DNA of 43,927 nt from positions 620,001-663,927 of the forward strand of contig NGBS01000292.1 in the NCBI GenBank assembly GCA_002245135.1, read 5' to 3'. The notes beneath the pieces are model-generated. The model was not told the origin of the DNA. It made no database searches and was given only the letters and a program-made list of their open reading frames with translations. This stretch comes from Proteromonas lacertae. Its lineage: Eukaryota. The position numbers and the translations under genes are program-made. Position 1 is the stretch's first letter. Each line of letters opens with the position of its first letter. This document shows positions 1 through 12,410 of this stretch, piece by piece.

Positions 1-1433
1 ATTTACAGGTCATAGTTTAGGTGGAGCATCAGCTGAATTGAGTTTTCTTCGTTATATCACATTTTGTGAGAATTTCCCAAACAATACAGCTAGTCGATAT
101 AAAGATAAATGTAGTTATATAGCCTATGCTGCACCAATAAATACAAGTATTGAAATAAGAAAAAGATTTGAGAAATATACAAATCAAATGCATTCTATTG
201 ATCAATACAATGATCCAATTGTAGAAGCTAATAGAGATTTAGAAAGAAGTATGTAATATATGTTATTATTTTATTAAATAGTTTTTCTATTAAGAGATTC
301 TGCAGATGCTAAAGAAGATTATACTGGTCTTTATCCTTTTAATTTTGATGAATATCTAGATGAAATGTATCTAACCTCTAAAAATGAGATATTGGAATAT
401 TTGAAGAAGAAGTTATCTGAAAGACAAAATGAATTGAAGAAATCTAATAAGAATTTACCAACCAAAACAAAAGTGAATAAGTTCTTTTCTTTTATTAATA
501 GAATAATTGAATTTTTCAGGAAATTGTTTCATTTTAATGAAAGAAAACAGAAAAAGAATAATGAAGAATATTTGAATGATTTAGTGATATTATGTAATGA
601 TTTATCAAATGGTTTATTAGATATTACTAGAATGATGAGTGAAATGAAAGAAAAATTTTCTAAAGCTAAGTTTAATGAAATATTTTCAAATGGTAATAAA
701 AAGAATAATGAAAATAATAAGAAAGTGTTATATGAAGATGATTACTTAATATCATTTGGAGAATCAATTAAAAAGATGATGGAAAGTACAATCAATGATA
801 TAAATGATTTAATAAAAAAAGCAGATGATGTTTTCATTGTAAATACACATAACAAAAATTTGAAAGAAATTACTAAAACAAGAATTGATAATTCAAAGAA
901 TAGTGAAATAGAAGAAGTATTCAAAGATTATTTAATTACGACAATAATGATATATAAAAATGAGTTTGAAAAAAGTATAAATAAACTATTTGAACCTCAG
1001 AAAGATAAATCAACAGAAAAACTAGAAGAGAAAACAACCAACTATATTGATGAATTAATAGAATCAATCAATTTAATAATCAATTATTTTTATTTGACAA
1101 TAAAAAATCTTGATTTATCACCTGAATTTATAATGAAATCAATAGATACAATTCAACAGGTTATTCAAACAACAAATTTTTCAATTTCAAAGTTAGTTCC
1201 AGTTTATGAACCAATATCATTACCACTTGGAATTCATCATATAGTATAAACCAAATATATTTATTTATTATTATATATTCTTATAGATAATGAAAGATGG
1301 AAGTTTATTAAATACTACAGATCCTGATGTTATTTGTGACATTTATAAGAAATATAGAGATGATTCAGATCCTAATATGCATAGAATGAGAAATTATGCT
1401 ATATTTATAAATGAATTAAATTATAGTAAATAA
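1..1433 (+). CDS. Class 3 lipase-like alpha/beta hydrolase, 5'-truncated, with a large helical insertion
   Basis: The frame from nt 2 reads FTGHSLGGASAEL (GxSxG nucleophile elbow), then NDPIV (candidate catalytic Asp). Introns 249-281 and 1244-1286 join the 294 aa ORF and a last exon containing MHRMRNY (candidate His). Stop at 1431-1433. Confidence 0.8.
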
Positions 1434-1492
1434 ATTGTGTGTGTTATGAAATGTGTATATGTTTTGTTGGTAAAGAAAAAAAAGTAGAAAAA

Positions 1493-2460
1493 TTATTTTT
1501 TAATTATTTTCATTATATTCTTTTTTAACTCATTCTCTTCATTCACCTTATCCAATATCACATATAATCCACTTTCTTTAAATGCCTTTATATATTCTTC
1601 ATTGTGTGTTTGTAAAAGATTGTTTATTATATACAAAATATTCATTATTAATTCTTCATCATAATCACTACATACTCTTAATAACAAACTAAAAATATCA
1701 TATCTTATTAATAATTCATGTAAATTCTTATTACAAGAGAAATTAACCAACATTTTCATTATTATTTTAGTGAATTTTGGATTATTTAATAGAAGTAGTT
1801 TTAAAATTATTCTTCCAGCATTACATAATACTTCTAATTGAAATATATATATAAATACATACTTTCTGATATTTTATCTATTACTGATATATTTTGGTAT
1901 ATTCTCAGTGCATGACATATTTCATTTTCATCACAATATTCTTCTAAATGAAATATTATACTATTCACACCATCTAATGATATAAACTCTTTTATTATTT
2001 TTTCTATTCATTAAAAAATGTCAATAACAATTATACCATTAGTACAACAATTACCAATATTCCATAATGCGCATATTCTTATATTTACATCTTCACTGGA
2101 TGATAATTCTAACAGAATTGGTAATCCATCATATTTATATATTTCATTCTGCAATTTGGTAAATGCGCCACAATTTGCTAATGTGATTAAATTTTCTTCT
2201 GTAGGATATTCTTTTATCTCTTTCAACAAAGAATAAATAGATGATAGAATAATCTCTTTCTTTTTATTATCTTTTATTTCTATTATGTCTTGTGAACTGC
2301 TTGCAATTATATTTGAATCTTTCTTTTCACATTCAGATTTTGAGTTTTTTTCTTCTTTCTCTCTCTTTTCATTTTTTGAATATATTTTATATAAGTAATA
2401 AACTGATCCAACCAGTGCAACTGAAATATTTGCTGCAATAAATATATTTTTATAATACAT
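1493..2460 (-). CDS. Armadillo-repeat protein with N-terminal membrane anchor (ARMC10/ALEX-like)
   Basis: N-terminal hydrophobic helix (IFIAANISVALVGSVYYLY) and ARM-like repeats (DGLPILLELSSSEDVNIRICALWNIGNC). ORFs 2011-2460 and 1493-1759 are linked through two short introns; the second junction is uncertain. Confidence 0.6.
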
Positions 2461-2567
2461 TTAATACAACACAATACAATTCTATTTTGTATTTCATTTT
2501 TGTTAAGAATAATGCAACGAATAATAAACAAAATAACCATAATAATAAATAAATATAATAATTTCTC

Positions 2568-3577
2568 TTAAGTACGATCAGAAGAAGGTTTTGGTTTAGT
2601 TTCATTATAACGAACTAAAGAATAGAACAGCGATCCAATAATGGTCAATGCAATTCCAATACCTCCTCTCAATGACACCAACTCCTTTCTTAATATAAGC
2701 ACCCATCAACGTTTGCAAACATGCTTTACAAGATCCAGAAATATTGTGTGTTAAACTACTAGTTACTTGAATTTGTGCATAAGTCGCAAATCCAACGATA
2801 AACCCTAAAATTCCACTTAGGAATATAACAATATAAAAACCAGGGAAAAACCAAACAGGATCTTTGAGTGAAATTAATTCATTATTTAACTATAAAAAAT
2901 ATATATATTATAATATATATATACACAAAAGAATATTGGTAACAAAATACATGCATTCATATTGTTATAATACATCAAATACCATGAATTATCATTAACA
3001 ACTGGCAACATGTTTTTAATATAAATGAAATATAAAGTGCTAAACACACTGGAAGTTACACCACATATTGTACCGAATAATGAGAATTTGATTTCACCTT
3101 TTATACCTAATAAATAACCAAATACGATTATTCCACAGCAGAATAGACATCTGAATGATGTGTGCTGTTTGTTGATTATATAACCAAATATTACTGTTAA
3201 AGGTATTCCTAATGATCTAGCAACTTGATAGAATGTTATTTGAACATATTTTAGACAAATATTGTTAAAAACCAACATCATTGCGAATAGAAATGTCAAT
3301 GGCATAATTTTTGCTCCTATAGAAAAATTATATTCCACCTGAGGAAAGAAACTAAAGAAAGCAAATTGGCCTGACAAAAATTCAAGCACATAACAACCAA
3401 TAATTGCAGAAATTGTTTGAAGCCACGTTAAAAAGATTGTTGCATTAGTCTGATAGTCACTAAATACAGATCTAAGACAATAACTAAATAACAATAATAC
3501 TTGTTTAAGAATATAGCAGATATAGATACTATCCAATAAAATAAAACGACTGATGCAACCTTAATAACAGTAGCCAT
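2568..3577 (-). CDS. GDP-fucose transporter-like nucleotide-sugar transporter (SLC35C1 family)
   Basis: Spliced N-terminus MATVIKVASVVLFYWIVSISAIFLNK; motifs FNNICLKYV, FYQVARSL, LMYYNNMNA; last exon with TSSLTHNISGSVKACLQT; two short introns. Confidence 0.85.
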
Positions 3578-3714
3578 ACGGTGGTTCTTTTTATGGGAAA
3601 TTATAAAAAAAAATTATGCAAAAACGACTATATTTTTAATTGATGAAAGAACAATTTTCTCAACAAATAAAATACATATACAACAGTTAAATATAAACAT
3701 AAATTATTGCTCAC

Positions 3715-4448
3715 TTATTTTATCAGAGAAAATTGTTCAACTATAACAATATATAAATGTATAAAACAAATAGAAAATAATACCACTATTATTATTCTCA
3801 TCAACCTTAATTCTATCTGGTAACTTTTGTGAAGCTTGTAGTATTAAATTAAATAGTTGGATATATCCATAATTTTGATAATTATGATATCTAAATAAAT
3901 ATATACCATTATATACTTTAAACGCAATATATTTGCAATTTCTTCAATATTCAATGAATTTGAATTATTCTCTAATATCTCTGGTAGATAGGTCTTTAGT
4001 TTTTCTAAATCATTTTTCAGTTTATTTGCTTCCTTTACGGTAAGAGCAAAAACAATATAAAAACTTATATCACCAATCTGAACTGGACAAAATTGAGGTA
4101 ATGGAGCAGATGATCCTTGTTCATATAAAACATGATTAACTACCATTCTTCGACCTAAACACTCTATTCTATATTTTAACTATAAAACATTTATTTGAAA
4201 CAATTATAACAATACAGTACTCTTATCAATATAAATCCTTGCATGTTCTCTTGAAACAGTTGAATCATCTTTTGTTATTGGTATGAAATCTTCAGTATCT
4301 AATTGTCTTTTGGTTCTACCAATCTTACAAGGTAATGTAGTAATAAAAAAGCTAAAATCTTTGCCTAAATGATAAATAAATCACCTTAAATACCTTGTAT
4401 TTTTGCTTTTGGGATAGAATACGGTTGCTGGAACTCTACCTCTTCCAT
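3715..4448 (-). CDS. FHA (forkhead-associated) domain protein
   Basis: Spliced exons give CKIGRTKR...DSTVSREHARIY...CLGRRMVVNHVLY...VQIGDISFY, carrying the FHA GR and SxxH motifs. Several short introns; 3' end approximate. Confidence 0.75.
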
Positions 4449-4599
4449 AAAAATGAAAAATAGAAAAGAATAAAGTTTGGCTTGTTCAAATTTAATAAAA
4501 TATATATTCGTTACAATGATTTTATTTTCTATTTTTACAATTAAACAAATACATATATTAGATTTTAAGTATAATTAAAATATTACTCATTCTAAAAAG

Positions 4600-5857
4600 T
4601 TACTTAACCCAATCTTTCTTTTTCAAATTATAATATACATGATCATTCTTCCAAGCTTTTGGACTATTTTATAATAATAATAAAATAATAAAAAATACTC
4701 TTCTTCATAATTTGGTGGTCTTGGTAAATATACACAAGGACAAACTTTTACTTGTTTTTCTGTAAAATCTTTATGATTGACTGTTATGAAATCTCTATCC
4801 TCTGGAAGTGATTGTGATTTCTCTTGTTTTCTTCTTGGCTGTGGTAAACACTCATGCGCTACATAATCTGTTCTGTATAATGTTTCACCTTCAAATTTAA
4901 GTGTCTTTCTTTCGCTTTGAATTGGTTTATTTTCTCTTTTTGGTAATTCTTTTATTGTATAATCATGTTGATCTATTTATTATTATTAATTATATTTAAC
5001 AATATTAATATAAAATACTAGTCGTTTCGCCTTCAAATTTTGCAGTATTTGGTGTATATTCTACTCTATGTTTTGTTGGAGGTGAATAACTATCATATAA
5101 TGGATATTCTGATCTATAAGTTGTTTCTCCTTCAAATTTAAGTGTTTTTCTTTCTTGTATCATTACTTTATTCTCTTTTTTAGGTAGTTCTTTTGGAACA
5201 TAATCATGTTCATAAGTAGTTTCTCCTTCAAATGGAAATGATTTTATTCTTTCATCTCTATGAGTAACTCTTTTTACATTCAATGGTAATTCTTTATAAT
5301 CATGGTGATAAATAGATTCACCTTCAAATGGTAAACGGTGAACTAATTTAGGACAGTGATGATTATTACATATACACATTTGACAAATACATTTTTCAGC
5401 AGATTTATCAGAGATAGATGAAGTTTTTGAATTGTTAAGATATTGTTGAAATATGAGAGGGAGTACTAGCTTTTGATTGAACTTTAGGTGTTGAATGGTT
5501 TGAATTGAGTTGTAATTGAGTGGGAATATCGTTATCAATCTGTGAATTGAAAGATACTCGTGATGAAATTGATTTTGGAGTACTACATGCTGATTGTGAT
5601 CTACTGGATTTTACCGAACTTACTGGTGTAAATGTTGGAGTTTGACTAGGAGTATGTCTTGGTGTTGTTTTATGAGATGTTGCAATTGAGTGAATTTGAG
5701 AATTTGCTATTGATCTATTGGGTGCTGAAATATTTTGACTTGCAAAATTATTATTTTTAGCTACTATTGGCTTTGATCGAGTAATTGTAGCTGTTGATCT
5801 TCCTACCGATGGTGATTTTCTCATCTGAGCTCTTGCCATAGCTTCTTCAAAACTCAT
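4600..5857 (-). CDS. SAXO/STOP-family microtubule-stabilising protein
   Basis: KCICQMCICNNHHCP (SAXO Cys motif) followed by at least five FEGE(S/T)xYxxDY-type repeats, with an S/T/P-rich N-terminal extension. An apparent +1 frameshift lies at ~5437, with two introns near the 3' end. Confidence 0.8.
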
Positions 5858-6034
5858 AGTTACTTTTGGTTTAGGCTTGACTCATTCTATAACACCAAAA
5901 ATGTAATTTTTTCAATACTTAACTGTCACTTTTTTCACCAACTATGAAAGTGTTTATATAGTTAATGATTTTTAAATTATAGAGTAAAAAACAGTTTCAT
6001 TAAACAAAAAATAAAAATATATATGCCAAAACAA

Positions 6035-6593
6035 TCAATCATCATCTTCATCATTATATTTTGCCTTCTTCTTTGCTGATCTCTGTGAACTCATTTTTTG
6101 TGGTGTTGATCTTCTCCTTTTGGAAGTATATCGTTCGTTCAATGGTGTTAAATTCAATTCCTGATGGTGTAGAAGGTGTTGCAGGGACAGCAACACTCTC
6201 AGGACATAATGCAGCCATTTTAAGACCAATATATTTCTGTATTATCAACATGGATACAATCTTATATTTAATTGCAGTTAAATACTTGAATTGTTCTTTC
6301 TGTAACCATTGGTAAGTGTGGATCAGTACCTAATTCAACTAATATTTTATCAACCATCTTAAATATTTCACCATTAACTCGAGATTCTTCAGGCTATATA
6401 TATGAATAATAATATTTAGTATACTTTATCATATAATTGATATCCTCTTCTAAATACACCTTCCTGGGGAATAGGAGTAGTAAATAATGAAAATGTTCCA
6501 TTTAATACACTATTTATATTTTCATCTGTTATATATGGATCTAACTCAGTATTTCTTACTCTTGGAGCTTTCTATATAAAAATAAATAAATAA

Positions 6594-6624
<31 letters not shown>

Positions 6625-7408
6625 CAGATTTTATTCTTTTCAAAATATTATCAACATTAAACAATTCTTGTTGATAATAACTTACCGATTTTTCATCACT
6701 TCTATTACTACTACCACCACCACCAGCAACAACAAATGATTTATCTAATTGAATATTCCTTTGATTATCTAAACTTATACTATACTCAAAATTTGATAAT
6801 TCAATTTCTGATTTTGTAAATTGTCTATTATTATTATTTGCTCTTCTGTAGGTTAAAACTCTATTACATATTCTATAATAACGTTGTTTACATTCTTCAA
6901 TTGATCTTATTGGATTTCTATTATATCTATCACCAATAACATGCCATCTTAAATCATATTTTTTACACAGTGAAAATAAATAATCAGTTTCTTCTCTACT
7001 CCAATCATCGTGGATATTACAATCATAATATTCTTCATCTGTATAGTCTAAAGCATAGATTTGATAATTGAATTTTGCAAAAGGATAATCAATGTATTCT
7101 ACATTCTTTCTTTCCCAATGATGTAATTCTAGTCCATCCTCTCTTGCAGTACTCTTAAATTTATTCCATACCCAATTGTGAACATGAATATCTTTCATTC
7201 GGGTTACTAAGTCTAATTGCGAAGGATCAGCGACTAATGGGGTTAGATTACCATCGCTTTCCATAATTTCGTATACTTCTCTTGGAACACCTTTTGGTTT
7301 TGCTTTCTTTGCTGTTCTGTGAGATCTTTTTGATTTATTATCCAGTATCTGATCAGTTTCATCACCACCTGGTGTTGATAATCCAAGTATATCAGCCACA
7401 TCACCCAT
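6035..7408 (-). CDS. SWC4: SWC4/DMAP1 (SANT domain; NuA4/SWR1 subunit), paralog A
   Basis: MGDVADILG...GVPREVY...WVWNKFKSTAREDGLELHHW...YPFAKFN...WSREETDYLFSLCKKYDLRWHVIGDRY...RSIEECKQRYY. Two introns; possible frameshift near 6157. Confidence 0.9.
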
Positions 7409-7498
7409 TTTCAAAAAATACTATGTTTGATAAAAACTTGAATAAAGCAAACATGTTTGAACGTTACAATTGAATATTTAAAAAATATTGAGTAATAT

Positions 7499-8729
7499 AT
7501 GACTGAATTGAATGTAGTTACTGCGCATTTAATAAGTGCAGTATTGCAGGATTCTATAGAAAAACTACAACTTCTTGGAACGTATTTTAATTCAGTTTTA
7601 TAGTGTTTAGAATAACTCCAGATATATGTTCACATAAAGAAGATCTATCAAAACGTGTTGGAGGTGATATTTTAATAACTATAGATAGACAGAGGGAATT
7701 AGAAGAAAAATGTGAAGAGTTACTTGGAAAAAGAGCACAATTAAAAGGTTTAGCTAATAAATCAAAATATGCTGAAGTACAAGTAGAAATAAAAGAAGTA
7801 AATCACTCTCTTCGTCTAATAACAAAACATTTATGTCAAAGTCTTTTAGAAAATCCAAATGTAAAAGGAAATTTAAAAAAAGTAAATAGAGAAAGAACTT
7901 TTCTAGAGAATCTACTCAGTGACACAATAGTGGATGTACAAAATGGACAATTTACCTCACTAATCAAACAAATAGAAGCAGAAAACAAAGAAAGGAATAG
8001 AGTAGAAGAACTACAAAAACAAGAAAAAGAAACAAGAGAGGCTGTACAGAAATTAGAAGAAAATCTTCGAAAAGAGGAAGCTGCCCATCAACGAGAAATG
8101 AAAGAGAAAAATGAGATAATTAATCAATTAAAGGAAGAGTTGAGAGATATTACGAGAAAAACTGTAGATCAATACATATATGCGAGAAAAGAGACTAAAG
8201 CTAAGATCAATACAATGTTGTATGAATACCAAACAGTATATCTATATATATATTATTATTATTTATATTGGAATAGGAAGAAACTTTAGAAGATAAGAGA
8301 TTAATCGATTTGAAGAATGAAAAAGAAAAAGAGTTATTAGTTCATGAAGAAACAATCAAATTTTTAACAAATAAACAAAAACAATATGAAAATTTAGTGA
8401 ATGAATGGAATGTGAAATATACTGCTGATTTAGCAGAGATGGATAAAACAATTAAAACATTAAACATCAGTAGAGATGAGGACTTATCAAAATTGAAGTT
8501 ATTACAAGGAAGATTTGATAAAGATACAGCTGATAGAGTTGCTAAGGAAGAAGATGTAAGAAAACAAAATCAATTTGAAATCATGAAGGCAGCTGAATTT
8601 GAAGAACAAAATCAAGCTGCTATCAAGATACAGAAGTGTTATAGAGAATATAAAGCGTTTAAGGATATGAAGGCTAAATTATTACCAAAAAAGAAGAAAC
8701 GTAGACGAAAGAAGTCAAAGAAGAAATAA
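7499..8729 (+). CDS. IQCG: IQ-motif coiled-coil protein, dynein regulatory complex subunit 9 (IQCG/DRC9)-like
   Basis: Spliced (introns 7582-7610, 8236-8276): MTELNVVTAHLISAVLQDSIEKLQLLG, LCQSLLENPNVKGNLKKVNRER, long coiled coil, C-terminal IQ motif AAIKIQKCYREY and basic tail KKKKRRRKKSKKK. Confidence 0.8.
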
Positions 8730-8810
8730 ATAAATAATAGTAATTTTCTTATTATTATTTTGTTCCTTTTATCTATTGTTTTGTTTATTTTTAAATATTT
8801 AAATTTGCGA

Positions 8811-9502
8811 TTATTTTACTTTCCAAGGTGGAAGAGGTGGATATTCAAAATCAGAAGGAGGAATTTCATCAAATATTTGGAAAATATAATCAATAAACTG
8901 AACTTTGAATAATCCCTAACAATTATAAACAATTAGAATGAATATATACGTATTTACGAGATTTTTCAAATAATTCTAAAGAATGTATCACTGATTCTTT
9001 ATGATGTTTACATAAATAATAACATATGAATAAACCAGTTCGATTATGACCATGAGTACAGTGTACTGCTATATATTTATCACTATTGTAATTATTAATC
9101 AAGGAACAAAACAAATTCAAACTATCTATTGATGGCAATGAACCTCCTCCTTCTACTAAGATCTTTTTGTATTCAACACCTAAATTCATAAATTCTTTTG
9201 GATTGTAATATCTATATGTTGCTGTCAAATCAATAATCATTCCTATTTCATTGCCCAATTCTCTTTCTTTCTCAATTAACATACTGGGGGTAAATTGTAA
9301 TTCTTTTGGTAATTTATATATCTTATCAAGAGGACACTATTTAATTAAACTATCTATTATACTTTAATAGGTATTATATGAGTATTTTCAACAGGATCAC
9401 CATATTCTAAAGGACCTTTCCACAAAGCTGGCAATTTATAATTTCTTGGTGGCCTTTAAATAATAAATTCAGATAAATATACCATTTTTGTGAAGTTGAC
9501 AT
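8811..9502 (-). CDS. Cysteine-phosphatase-type RNA 5'-triphosphatase / DUSP11-like protein
   Basis: HCTHGHNRTG active site, IIDLTATYRYY and FTP motifs. Three short introns (one is 9337-9362, 26 nt). No guanylyltransferase domain follows. Confidence 0.85.
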
Positions 9503-9590
9503 GAATTTTAATAATGTGGTGTGTGAAAATATTTTCATTTCCCATAAATAAAAAAAACTTTTAAATATCAATATATCATATTATCTAACT

Positions 9591-11699
9591 TTATTGATGA
9601 GAAACTGATAATAATTCAAATGAAGTGTTTTGACCATATATTGCAGCATATGAATATAATGGAGAAGGTAAATCTTTAACAAGTAAAACAGGAGATGAAT
9701 TATTATGACTTATCCACCATTCTCTTTTATTCATATCAACAATCACTTCATAAATTGAACCATCTCCATGATTATTGAAATTTGGATTTTCAGTAACAAC
9801 TCTTCCAATATGACAATATGGAGTAATATCTTGACTTTTACCATAAGATGCAAAATAATTACATGTTGTTGATTGTTCATCAATATCATTACCAGAATAT
9901 GTATTATTAGTTGATAATCCTAACATCATTCCATCATATTTATTTTCATTTTGATAAAATTTATATTTGATATGATAAACTTCATCTTCCATTTTCAAAT
10001 TTATATAGCAATGATTCCAACACTCATCAGTATTTGTTATTGTTTTACCACTATTTGATATTAATATTCCATCACTTTTGTTTAACTCTGTGAATTTTAC
10101 ATCAACAAATTCTAATGATATTTTGAATTTCTTTTCATTTAGAATATTCTTACAATTTATTTCATATTCTCTCTTTTTGATTTCTTTATCAATTTTTCCA
10201 TGAATAATGCCACTCTCTTTATCTATCATCATTCCATCTGGCAATGAAGGATTTATTGAAAATTCACATCGATTTCCATCAAATGATGGAATTATTGACA
10301 TTTCCTCATTTAATCCAAATGAATATTCTGATTGAGGATATGAAAATGATGTGATTTCTTTTGTTTTTAATTCTTCCAATAATTCTTCATCTTTTATTAT
10401 TTTTCTCATTTCTTCTTCTTCTTTTTCACTTAATCTCATTTCTTGAATGTATTGGATTAATAATTCTTTAGATTTTGAGTTTAAATAATCTTCATTCAAT
10501 ATTCTGTAAAGAATTTCTTTTCCACATAACCCTTCAATTATTGTTATATTCTTCTTATTATCTATAAACAAACAAAAGCATTTTAATGTTCGATTTCCAC
10601 CTCTTTGATTATATTCATATATTAACTTAGACAACAACCTATTCTTAATTGCATTTGGTATTAGTTCCTTCATTTTCATTTCCATCATTATATTTAACAC
10701 AATATTAACTATTTTTATATCCTCATTAGATAATAGTTTTACCATTTCTTCTTTGATTTCTTCTTCATTCAACATTTTTATCACATTTTCATTTATTTCT
10801 ATTTCACTTTCTTCTTCTATATAATATTCATTTATTATCTCCAATAATTCAACACTCTTTATTTCTTTCACTTTCACATTTATATGATCATTCATATAAT
10901 CTTCTATTTCAACATTTATCTCTTTTAACACATTCTCATTCTCTTCTTCTATTTCTTCTTTCTTTATTTCAATCAAATGAATTTTGGTTTTTATTAATGA
11001 TATAAACTCATTTAATTCTTCTTCATTTTCTTCACTTTCTTTCAATACACTCTTATACCATTTCAATAACCGATTTAATAACCAAGTTTCATCAATTATC
11101 ATCAATTTCTTATTGTTTAAGATGAATTTTAATGATTTTAAATTCATTTTTAATAATAATTTATCTATTTATTATAATTATCATTATTTATACCATCATT
11201 CAAATACTTAAAACCATTCTTACTTATATATTTTTCACTCATATCTCTTAACTCATTCAATTGATTTATATTCATACAATTTAACATTTCGAATATTTCT
11301 ATCATCATTGAATCATTTAAATGAGTTTTTAAATATCTTTTACATATTCTCATTATTCGAATATCATTATAATAAATACTAAATCTCAATATATCACAAA
11401 TGTTAGAATCAGTTAATTCCATACATCCACCACTGTAGTATTTTTCTATCTCTAAAAATGACTTTATTTCACATTTTTCATACAACTCTAATACTCCACT
11501 CTGCTTTTCATCTAATAATAAATTCTTTAATGTATCATTCCCATTCATTAATATACTTTTCACACATACAATCTCTTCTCTTCCTACTTTTACTTTCAAA
11601 TCACCATAACCATTATTCACTAGTATTCGACTCAATCTACAAATCATATTATTTTCATTTATACCCATTATCACCTATCTCATTATCTATTACTTTCAT
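9591..11699 (-). CDS. BTB/BACK + helical region + putative Ig (He_PIG-like) + SPRY-like protein, copy A
   Basis: N-terminal BTB-like segment (GDLKVKVGREEIVCVKSILMNG...YYSGGCMELTDSNICDIL), FSINPSLPDGMMIDKESGIIHG (putative-Ig motif), and a C-terminal SPRY-like beta domain (GSIYEVIVDMNKREWWISHN...LPSPLY). Two introns. Confidence 0.75.
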
Positions 11700-11931
11700 T
11701 TCAGCAAAATATTGATTTTGGAACAATTACTAAAATGTATTCGTTTCATTGTTAATCAAATCAGTTACATTGAATAAAAGAAGAATGAGATATGTTTGAA
11801 AGAAATGAAAATATAGAATAAATAAAAATAGCATAGATATTCAAAATCTTTTAATTGTCTATATTTTGTATTTGTTTCTGTACAATGAATATAATATACA
11901 ATATAAATATAAATATAACAAATTAATAGAA

Positions 11932-12379
11932 TTATTTACCTTCTAATATCATACGAACTTCTTCTCCTGTTAATTTTTCTCTCTCTTTCAAACTCTTCGC
12001 TAATCTCTTCAATTTACTTTTATTTTTACTAATCATTATCTTCGCATCATTGTAACCACTATTTAAAATCTTGTTTACTTCTTTATCAATCTCATGTTTT
12101 GATTCATTTGATAATAACTCTAAATTATCACTCGTTATTACTTCATATCCATGAACATTATTCATTCCATATGACATTACCATTCTTCGAGCAATTTCTT
12201 TTGCATGTTCTAAATCACTTCCAGCTCCAGTTGTTACATTATCTCTTCCAAATATTATCTCTTCTGCTACTCTTCCACCCATATTTACTACGATTTGTGC
12301 ATATAATTCTTTCTTACTCACTTGATAAGAAGATTCTTCTGAAGGTAAATGACTTACTAAACCTAATGCCTAATTTCAT

Positions 12380-12410
<31 letters not shown>

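Noticed and set aside
9545..11866. Direct repeat flanking BTB-SPRY copy A (aaaacttttaaatatcaatat vs aaaatcttttaattgtctatat)
   Set aside because: Only ~20 nt, imperfect and nearly all A/T; not distinguishable from chance by eye.
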